Part shown: piece after piece, positions 33,863-40,739 of the stretch
Numbering within the stretch: the stretch's first letter is position 1
How the letters are laid out: every line of letters begins with the position of its first letter
Sequence record: KF669656.1
DNA length: 40,739 nt
Origin: Acinetobacter phage Petty
Strand: one strand, 5' to 3'
Program-made: the position numbers and the translations under genes
Notes under the pieces: generated by a model
The model's input: only the letters and a program-made list of their open reading frames with translations
What the model was told of the DNA's origin: nothing
The model's database searches: none

Positions 33863-36619
33863 ATGGCTTATGTAGAAAAGGAAATGAACCTCAAACGGTC
33901 ATTCGTAGAGTACAAGGTAACACAACCTACTACAAACTTTGCACTCCCGTTTGAGTTCGTTGAGGCAGAGCAGAACCTTCGGGTTCGCCTCAACGGTATT
34001 GATATTGAGGATTTAGGTTACTCGTTCTTAGTGACGAATAATATAACTGTCCAAGTGACACCAGCAATCCCTCACGGTACTTTAAGTATTTCACGGGAAA
34101 CCGATATTGATAAGAACCTGTATAAGTTCACGGCTGGTGCGTTATTTGAAGCACGTACTATGGATAAGAACTTCGAGCAGATTCGACATTCACAGCAAGA
34201 GGTACGGGATGGGTTCGAGAAGTTATCTGATGCTACTTACACGATCATTGATACCTTACAAGATGTAGGTCAAGCAGCACAGGATGCTGCTGACGCTGCG
34301 GAGCAAGCTGCTCAAGCAGCTAATGATGCAGCAGCGCAAGTTAATGATAAGGTATCACAGGTAGAGATTGATTACATCCACGAGAACGGTGCAGCACTAC
34401 CTCACAAAGATGGAATTGATTATGAAGAAAACGCTGTTGTTGTAAAAGGTGGGGTTTTGCAGCAGTGGAAGGGTGGGGCTTGGGTTAATGTTGGCGAACA
34501 AGAAGTTAAAAAATATCTTCTTGTAGCTGGTGTCGATGAATCTGAATTGGATGATGACTACAATTATCTCATGCAGCGACTAGCACAAATTGCAGTGGAT
34601 AAGGGCTGGGATGCTTCTTTCGTTGTTGATGGAAATATAAACCAACATGAGCGCAATACAGGGGTTAAATCCTTAAATCAACTGCGCCTAACAAAACCAT
34701 CTAAGAAGGGGGATCGTGTATTTCTTGCTTCAGTAAATGAAGCTCAAAACGAGGGTGGTGGGGAGTTTATCGCAACTCAAAAAGCAGGCTTAGTTGATGA
34801 TGGTGGTTTGGTTATTGCATCGCCTGATCCGATGCTGTTTTGGGTGCGTGTACATTATGATACCGTGACACCTGAAATGTTCGGTGCAGTTGGTGATAAT
34901 ACCGCAGACGATGCGATCCCATTACAAAAAACAATGTCATGCGGTCGGGCTATTGAGTTCGACAAAGGGCGAAAGTATAGATCAAGTAAACCTATCGAAA
35001 TGTTTACAGGTCAAAAAATTAAAGGTAATGGCGCAAAGATTACCAAGTACACTGCGAGTAAAACTGGTATCACTGGTCGCACAGACCCAAGTGGAAATCC
35101 ATATGATTATGACCAAGACTGCGCTGTTGTTTTCGGGGCATGGTATGGTTGGTATAGTTACATCGATATTGAAAATCTGACGATTCAGAAAGAAGCTGTA
35201 CTTGGGGCAGATGTCGGTAAAGTCTTTTTTGCACCATATATCAGCATGTCTTCATTAAAGAGCGTTGTTGTTAAGGGCGGTGAGTACGGTTTTTATGGCG
35301 AAGACTTGTGGATGCTCAATTGGACTCGATGCGAAGCATATTCTAAATGCGGTTTTTATGTGGGTACAGGCACAAGCAACCAGTTCAATACTTGTTGGTC
35401 AAAAGAAACTAAGGAAGGTTATTCTGCATTCCGACTTCATAACTTAACGTATTCCTCTTTGATCAACTGCTGTGCAGAGCATGTCGGTGAGGATGGTGCG
35501 CCTGCTGAAGCTGCCTACCATATTACAAACTCTGACTTAACCATGATAGGTTGCGGAATTGAGAATATACACGCATATAATTTAATTCGCATAGGATACT
35601 CGTGGGTAACGATTGAAAATCCTAGTTTCATTTACGGCATTAACAATAAATATCGTCACGGGACATATACAGGTTTAATAGACGTATCCAGTTCTGATAG
35701 TGTCGTGACGTTACGTGGTGGGCATATTACCGCTACAAACTCAGGTACATTCGCTGATGCGGTTCGAGTGGGTGGTGGTACTTTTAATTATGAGACACCT
35801 CTTTGGAATAACGTAGGTTTCCCTGATGATAGTAGTGGGTTTAAAATACGCATATCTAATTATGCTGCAATTATGAATTTGACGGGTTTCGACGGTCGAA
35901 AATATACTTTCAATGGTCGTAGTAAAAAATGGGATATTCACACAAAAGCAAAGTTTTTAAATGGTTTACAAGCTAACCTGCTCGGTACAACTCATTTAAA
36001 CAACATTCGTAAAGACTTCTATATTGGAACACAAAATAAGGGTAATAATGGGTCTGTAGCAAACGGGTATCCATTTGATGGATTTGGTGGTACAGTTCTA
36101 AACTTTTCAGACGAAGACGCCGCACAATATTCTAACACTGCACAACTTGCCTTATCTGCCGTATCCAATAGAGTCTTTTTTAGGAGGGCAGCATACGAGC
36201 AAGCTCTTGGGTCTTGGTTCGAGTTTAGAACATCAGCCAACACTACTGTGGACGCTAATGGATTTGTCAAAAACGCATCGCCGATTGTTAAGCTCTTTGC
36301 TGACCGTATTGAGCTTAATGATGATGCAGAAAAGCAAAATATCGAGTTTGAAAAACTAGGCGTTGGTGATTACTTGATTAAAGGCTCTAGTGGATTTTCT
36401 GATAACGGTTGGTACATCGAAACCCCTAAAGATGCAAATGGAAATGTGCTGTTTTCGGTCATCTATGCAACACTAGAAAATGGCGACATTTCGGTAAAAA
36501 CTTATCAGAAAAAGTTTGATCTTGAAACAGCCTCTATTGTTGCTGATCTTGAGCAGCCTGTGGACATTACGGTAGGACGTTGGATTGACTTGCGACTAAA
36601 TGAGGTGAGTGCAAACTAG
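33863..36619 (+). CDS. Tail fibre / tailspike: T7 gp17-like N-terminal anchor plus C-terminal beta-helix depolymerase-like domain
   Basis: 918 aa. The N-terminal ~170 aa have gp17-like anchor character. From about 34400 onward codon usage shifts sharply (ggg, gcg, cga, aaa, ttt, caa) and the protein is rich in G/N/S/T repeats typical of pectate-lyase-like tailspikes. Confidence 0.8.
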   Translation: MAYVEKEMNLKRSFVEYKVTQPTTNFALPFEFVEAEQNLRVRLNGIDIEDLGYSFLVTNNITVQVTPAIPHGTLSISRETDIDKNLYKFTAGALFEARTMDKNFEQIRHSQQEVRDGFEKLSDATYTIIDTLQDVGQAAQDAADAAEQAAQAANDAAAQVNDKVSQVEIDYIHENGAALPHKDGIDYEENAVVVKGGVLQQWKGGAWVNVGEQEVKKYLLVAGVDESELDDDYNYLMQRLAQIAVDKGWDASFVVDGNINQHERNTGVKSLNQLRLTKPSKKGDRVFLASVNEAQNEGGGEFIATQKAGLVDDGGLVIASPDPMLFWVRVHYDTVTPEMFGAVGDNTADDAIPLQKTMSCGRAIEFDKGRKYRSSKPIEMFTGQKIKGNGAKITKYTASKTGITGRTDPSGNPYDYDQDCAVVFGAWYGWYSYIDIENLTIQKEAVLGADVGKVFFAPYISMSSLKSVVVKGGEYGFYGEDLWMLNWTRCEAYSKCGFYVGTGTSNQFNTCWSKETKEGYSAFRLHNLTYSSLINCCAEHVGEDGAPAEAAYHITNSDLTMIGCGIENIHAYNLIRIGYSWVTIENPSFIYGINNKYRHGTYTGLIDVSSSDSVVTLRGGHITATNSGTFADAVRVGGGTFNYETPLWNNVGFPDDSSGFKIRISNYAAIMNLTGFDGRKYTFNGRSKKWDIHTKAKFLNGLQANLLGTTHLNNIRKDFYIGTQNKGNNGSVANGYPFDGFGGTVLNFSDEDAAQYSNTAQLALSAVSNRVFFRRAAYEQALGSWFEFRTSANTTVDANGFVKNASPIVKLFADRIELNDDAEKQNIEFEKLGVGDYLIKGSSGFSDNGWYIETPKDANGNVLFSVIYATLENGDISVKTYQKKFDLETASIVADLEQPVDITVGRWIDLRLNEVSAN

Positions 36620-36642
36620 TCGCTCAGTAAAACCTTTTTAAA

Positions 36643-36680
36643 CCCTGATCTTTAATTAGATCAGGGGGTTTTTTTTTTTA
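36643..36680 (+). terminator. Strong rho-independent terminator after the tailspike gene
   Basis: CCCTGATC-tttaatta-GATCAGGG followed by GG and T11. Confidence 0.85.
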
Positions 36681-36780
36681 TTACCAAAATTTAGGGCGCA
36701 AGTGAATGCGTCAATTCTATTGATGCACTGAAAGGTATCATCACCCAACTTTAAACACAGCAAACCACAAGGAGAATTAC

Positions 36781-37134
36781 ATGAACATCGTAGATTGGTT
36801 CTATGCAGTTCTGATCTACGTATGGTCAGAATTAGATAAAGTCGCTTTAAGCGCAAGTACCTCAGCTATTGTAGTTGCGGTACTCCGTATGCGTAAGCAT
36901 GGTAAGATTCTTTGGAGCGAAGCACTACTATGTGGTGTATTCGCTACCATTGCTATTGTTGGTTTACAGTTTATTCTGGCTGTCTTAGGGTTACCGTCAG
37001 ATGGTTGGGTTAATGCTGTAGTCGATGGTGGTAGTACAGTCATTGGTGCTGGTATCGGTTGGTATGGTACTGATCGTACTGTTGAGTTCTTAGAAAACAA
37101 AGTAGGAGGTCGTGATGAGCAAGACACTGAGTGA
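36781..37134 (+). CDS. Holin (117 aa)
   Basis: AAGGAGA RBS. Hydrophobic segments WFYAVLIYVW, LLCGVFATIAIVGLQFILAVLGL and TVIGAGIGWYG; charged C-terminus; immediately upstream of and overlapping the endolysin gene. Confidence 0.7.
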   Translation: MNIVDWFYAVLIYVWSELDKVALSASTSAIVVAVLRMRKHGKILWSEALLCGVFATIAIVGLQFILAVLGLPSDGWVNAVVDGGSTVIGAGIGWYGTDRTVEFLENKVGGRDEQDTE

Positions 37135-37702
37135 GTACGGACAACGTGAGTTAGCTGATCTTTATGGTATTCCACTGGCAGCTATGAAAGCTATCGTTGA
37201 AGTGGAGTGTAAAGGTTCTGGTTTTAATTCCGACGGCACTCCTGTTATTCTGTATGAACGTCATAAGTTTTATGAAGGACTCCGAGCTATTAATTGGATT
37301 ACTAAGGCTCGTGAGTGGTCACAGAAGTATCCTGATCTGTGTAATCCATACGCAGGCGGTTACGGTAAGTACAGTGAGCAACATAAGAAGTTAGATCGTG
37401 CTGCTGAACTCAATCGAACTGTTGCCCTAGAATCCTGTTCATGGGGTCTTGGGCAAGTCATGGGTTATCACTGGAAGTCTTTAGGTTACACTAATCTACA
37501 AGAGTTCATTAATTGTATGTATAAGTCAGAGTACTGCCAGCTAGATGCTATGTGTCGTTTTATCGAAGTGAACAAGCTATTACCTTTCATTCGTAAGAAA
37601 GATTGGGCTGGTTTTGCTATGCGATACAATGGTGGTGGTTATCGTAAGAACCAGTATGATACTAAACTCTCTGCTGCGTATAAGAAATTCGGAGGTGTCT
37701 AA
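37115..37702 (+). CDS. Endolysin (N-acetylmuramidase/lysozyme-like)
   Basis: 195 aa; AGGAGG RBS 5 nt before ATG 37115. Sits in the lysis position after the holin; globular with no TM segment. The enzymatic class is not verified. Confidence 0.7.
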   Translation: MSKTLSEYGQRELADLYGIPLAAMKAIVEVECKGSGFNSDGTPVILYERHKFYEGLRAINWITKAREWSQKYPDLCNPYAGGYGKYSEQHKKLDRAAELNRTVALESCSWGLGQVMGYHWKSLGYTNLQEFINCMYKSEYCQLDAMCRFIEVNKLLPFIRKKDWAGFAMRYNGGGYRKNQYDTKLSAAYKKFGGV

Positions 37703-38025
37703 TGAGTCGTAAGAAAAGTGCAAGTGTAGCGGAATTAGAAGCCCTACACGCTGCGACTGCTCGTTACCTTAAAGGTCGCTTAGAAGATAGTACACGTCAA
37801 TCAGAAGATGAGGACGATTTTGTATTGCCTCTAGCCACAGGCGAGGTTGCGAACATTATCGCATTCTTGAAACACAACAATATTTCTGCTGCTCCTGATG
37901 CAGAAGAAGTATCAGAACTCAAACAAGAGTTCGCTAATGATTTAGAAGCACAACGTATTGCTAAAGCCGAAGGATTGCTCCGTGCATCTGATGAGGATTT
38001 AGAACGTGCTGCGTGGTTATCTTAA
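37702..38025 (+). CDS. Terminase small subunit (gp18-like)
   Basis: 107 aa, acidic and helical; ATG overlaps the endolysin TAA; directly precedes the large terminase gene. Confidence 0.6.
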   Translation: MSRKKSASVAELEALHAATARYLKGRLEDSTRQSEDEDDFVLPLATGEVANIIAFLKHNNISAAPDAEEVSELKQEFANDLEAQRIAKAEGLLRASDEDLERAAWLS

Positions 38026-38034
38026 GGAGGGTTT

Positions 38035-39978
38035 ATGACCTATATTACCGAACAGGTTGCTCGTCGTTTGAACATGCTCTCGACTGAGTGTAAGAAATGG
38101 GCAAACGCACCACATGAAATTCCTAGTGAGAAACGGGAAGAACTGAGCATGATGTTCGGTAGTACCTTTAAAGACTTCCGTGCCTTCGCTGAATTAGGTA
38201 TGAAGTACTTAGGTTTTGATCTATCGAATATGCAGGCTGATATAGCCCACTTCATGCAGAAAGGTCGTGCTAAGCGTATGGTACAGGCTCAGCGTGGTCA
38301 AGCGAAATCTACGCTTGCTGCTTTGTACTGTATCTGGTTACTCCTACGTGACCCTACGTGTCGTGTACTTATTGTGTCTGGTGGTGAGAAGCAGGCATCT
38401 GACGTGGCACTTATGATCATTCGTATGATTATGAATTGGTCGCTTCTGTGCTGGTTGCGTCCTGATATTGCTAAAGGTGATAGAAGTTCTGTTTCTGCCT
38501 TCGACGTACACCATTCACTTAAGGGTATTGATAAGTCGGCATCTGTATCATGCGTAGGTATCACTGCGAACTTACAGGGTATGCGAGCAGACTTCATTCT
38601 CGCTGATGATATTGAAACACAACGTAACTCTATGACTCAAACTGAGCGAGAGAAGTTACAGTTACTTATTAAAGAATTTGCTGCGATCTGTATTAGTGGT
38701 GAGATCATGTACTTAGGTACACCTCAGACTAAAGACAGTATCTATCGCCTCCTCCCTGCTCGTGGTTACGACGTTAGAGTTTGGACAGGGCGTTACCCTA
38801 CCAATGAAGAACTTGAGCGTTATGGGGCTGGTGTGACGATTGCGCCTATGATTATGCAGGCACTCTTAGAAAATCCAGCTTTACAGACAGGTGGTGGTAT
38901 CGAAGGTAATCGTGGACAACCTACAGATGATGGACACATCAATGAGGATATTCTACAAGAGAAGGAACTTGAGTACGGTGAGGAAGGTTTCTCATTACAG
39001 TACATGCTCGATACAACGCTCTCAGATGCTCTTAGAACGAAGATTAAGTTAAGTGATACCTTAGTACTAGCGGTAGACAATCACAGCGTTCCTGAGCGAT
39101 TACACTGGCAAGCAGAGCCATCTAAACTGTACAAGGGTAGTTCTCCTAACGTGCAGGACTTTAGAATGTATCATGCTAGTGGTGTATCAGATACTTTTGT
39201 TCCGTTTGAACATAAGGTAATGACACTTGACCCTGCTGGTGCTGGTGGTGATGAATTGTCATTCGCTGCTGGTGGTGCTACGAACTCTTACATCTATCTG
39301 TTATCAGTAGGTGGGTTCATCGGTGGTACTACTCAGAAGAACATTGAAGCAGTTATCGAGAAGATGCTGTTGCTTGATATTCATGTACTAGACATCGAGA
39401 AGAACATGGGTCATGGTACAGTTCTATCATTATTCGTAGAACGCCTAGAAGCTCTTAAGAACCTGTGTAAGCAACAATCGAAGGACATCCAATGGTTATG
39501 TACCAGTACAGGTCTATCGTTGCGTGAGCTTGAATCTAAGCTGAATCAGATAGGTCTTACAGAGTACTACTCGACTGGTCAGAAGGAACGTCGTATTATC
39601 GACACGATCTCTCCATTAACTCGTCGTCATAAGTTAGTAGTAACTGTACAGGCGATTGAGGATGATTGGGAGTACTGTAAAGGACATAACCCAGAGAAGC
39701 GATTACAGTTCAGTGCGTTTCAACAAATGGGTAATATCACGTATGATCGCAACAGCTTAGTCCATGATGACCGAGCAGACTGTGTTCAACGTGTAGTAGA
39801 GGTACTTGCTCCATTCTTGAGTAAGGATGAGGAGAAGGCTCACCAAGAGCGACAGGAGGCTGTTATAGCAGAGTTCTTAAAGAACCCTATGGGATACAGC
39901 CAGAATGTGTTAGCACAGCTTAATCGTAAAGGTATTAAGCGTAATAACTATAAACGTCGGGGAAGTATCCGTCGTTAA
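38035..39978 (+). CDS. Terminase large subunit (T7 gp19-like)
   Basis: 647 aa; Walker A-like QAQRGQAKST and Walker B ILADDIE; AAGGAGG RBS; penultimate large gene, as in T7. Confidence 0.85.
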   Translation: MTYITEQVARRLNMLSTECKKWANAPHEIPSEKREELSMMFGSTFKDFRAFAELGMKYLGFDLSNMQADIAHFMQKGRAKRMVQAQRGQAKSTLAALYCIWLLLRDPTCRVLIVSGGEKQASDVALMIIRMIMNWSLLCWLRPDIAKGDRSSVSAFDVHHSLKGIDKSASVSCVGITANLQGMRADFILADDIETQRNSMTQTEREKLQLLIKEFAAICISGEIMYLGTPQTKDSIYRLLPARGYDVRVWTGRYPTNEELERYGAGVTIAPMIMQALLENPALQTGGGIEGNRGQPTDDGHINEDILQEKELEYGEEGFSLQYMLDTTLSDALRTKIKLSDTLVLAVDNHSVPERLHWQAEPSKLYKGSSPNVQDFRMYHASGVSDTFVPFEHKVMTLDPAGAGGDELSFAAGGATNSYIYLLSVGGFIGGTTQKNIEAVIEKMLLLDIHVLDIEKNMGHGTVLSLFVERLEALKNLCKQQSKDIQWLCTSTGLSLRELESKLNQIGLTEYYSTGQKERRIIDTISPLTRRHKLVVTVQAIEDDWEYCKGHNPEKRLQFSAFQQMGNITYDRNSLVHDDRADCVQRVVEVLAPFLSKDEEKAHQERQEAVIAEFLKNPMGYSQNVLAQLNRKGIKRNNYKRRGSIRR

Positions 39979-40005
39979 TTCAATTAAATTCAACAGGAGA
40001 TTAAT

Positions 40006-40197
40006 ATGAGTTTACTAGATAAAGTTAAAGCTGTCCGTGTACAAGATGCTGAGCAAGTACTAAGTACCGCTAAAATCGTCGTACAGAGCGCACAGGCGTT
40101 AAATAGCACTGGCACGTACAAACATAAGGAGAAGGTCGATAAAGCTCTGTATGGAGCATCTGTGACTCTCTCAGTGCTAGAGCGAGTGCTACGATGA
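40006..40197 (+). CDS. Hypothetical protein (63 aa)
   Basis: ATG at 40006 with CAGGAGA RBS; right-end small gene. Confidence 0.65.
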   Translation: MSLLDKVKAVRVQDAEQVLSTAKIVVQSAQALNSTGTYKHKEKVDKALYGASVTLSVLERVLR

Positions 40198-40364
40198 GTT
40201 ATAGTCCTAGAGTTAAAGTAGAAGTTCAACGTGAGGTTCACGAAGCCTTACGTGAGCTTAAGCAAAGAGGAGAATCTTTCAATGATGTGATTGCACGTTT
40301 ACTGGAATCCCAGAAGTGTGTTCAGGAGTGTATTCAGAAGTGTTCAGGTAATTGTTCAGAGTAG
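40194..40364 (+). CDS. Small ribbon-helix-helix-like protein (56 aa)
   Basis: ATG overlaps the upstream stop (ATGA). The N-terminus SYSPRVKVEVQREVHEALRELKQRGESFNDVIARLLE has the RHH beta-strand, helix, G-x-S turn and second helix. The Cys-rich C-terminal third overlaps the GTTCAG repeat array. Confidence 0.45.
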   Translation: MSYSPRVKVEVQREVHEALRELKQRGESFNDVIARLLESQKCVQECIQKCSGNCSE

Positions 40365-40391
40365 TTCAGAAGTGTTCAGTAGAGTGTTCAG
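40311..40391 (+). repeat. Array of about 7 short degenerate repeats (AGTGTTCAGG-type, 9 to 13 bp periodicity) adjacent to the right DTR
   Basis: TTCAG recurs at 40322, 40334, 40343, 40355, 40365, 40374 and 40387 with similar flanks; the array ends about 40 nt before the DTR boundary at 40432. Confidence 0.7.
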
Positions 40392-40739
40392 GATTCCTCT
40401 TGGGAGTACTATGTCACAACCTAAAATTTGGTATAGTTTTCTGAGAGGGTATCCCCACCCTGCGCCGTCCAGCCTTCCCCCATAGGGTTCTTGCTTAGGA
40501 TGACTTAGTCTATGATCAAGACTTTATAGTATCCTAAGCTATTTATTATCAAGACTGTTTCATCTTTTAATCTCCTTTCGTGGTAACTGATTGCAAGTTT
40601 ATACAGTCCTTTCGATAGTGTCAAGCATTTATTGATAAATTTATTCAACTATTTTTTAAATCGGGTACTAAGTCTATGATTATCAATAGATTATAGTTAT
40701 ATCTTTATAGATTTATATATAGATTTATAGGTTTATAGG

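Noticed and set aside
34884-35447. Internal + strand ORFs 34884..35180 and 35265..35447 inside the tailspike gene
   Set aside because: They are alternative-frame ORFs within a long well-supported gene, and they arise where the codon composition changes.
37197-37394. Signal-peptide/lipoprotein-like embedded ORF (MKWSVKVLVLIPTALLLFCMN...) as a candidate o-spanin
   Set aside because: It has a TTG start with no RBS, is out of frame inside the endolysin gene, and has a non-canonical lipobox (LFC). Only the spanin absence is kept as a finding.
40291-40485. ORF-track entry 40291..40485 (MHVYWNPRSVFRSVFRS...) running into the DTR
   Set aside because: The translation is a periodic artefact of the GTTCAG repeat array, and it extends into the terminal repeat.
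1-40739. tRNA genes, CRISPR arrays, integrase or transposase
   Set aside because: No cloverleaf-like conserved segments, no regularly spaced identical repeats with unique spacers, and no recombinase-like ORFs were seen. This is consistent with a strictly lytic T7-like phage.

Overview
This window appears to be a complete linear genome of a T7-like podophage (Autographiviridae-type architecture).

Support for the call:
- Positions 1..308 are repeated exactly at 40432..40739, which is the signature of direct terminal repeats flanking a roughly 40.4 kb unique genome.
- Every confidently called gene is on the + strand.

Gene layout:
- Left end: an AT-rich non-coding block carrying an 11-bp tandem repeat array, a T16 run, and three tandem strong sigma70-type promoters.
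- Early region, about 1.3 to 6.2 kb: roughly 15 small genes of unknown function, separated by a conserved hairpin element.
- DNA-metabolism module, 6.2 to 17 kb: TOPRIM primase, DnaB-like helicase, ATP-dependent ligase, family-A DNA polymerase, 5'-3' exonuclease, endonuclease VII, an HTH-metallophosphoesterase fusion and a dNMP kinase.
- A frameshifted HNH endonuclease sits in the DNA-metabolism module, immediately downstream of the polymerase gene.
- A single-subunit T7-type RNA polymerase (17022..19493) lies immediately upstream of the structural module, which is a phiKMV-like gene order.
- Structural block, 19.9 to 36.6 kb: portal, scaffold, major capsid, tail tube A and B, and three internal virion proteins.
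- The tailspike has a conserved N-terminal anchor and a compositionally foreign C-terminal domain.
- After the tailspike come a holin plus endolysin lysis cassette, then the small and large terminase, then two tiny right-end ORFs and a GTTCAG-type short repeat array abutting the right terminal repeat.

A 26-nt motif, AATTTAGAAGGGACACTTATAAGATA, recurs in intergenic positions: before the polymerase gene, before a 289-aa gene, before the structural genes, and once inverted at the left end. It is the candidate phage-RNAP promoter.

The AT richness, the endolysin type and the depolymerase-like tailspike point to an Acinetobacter-type host. That is inference only.
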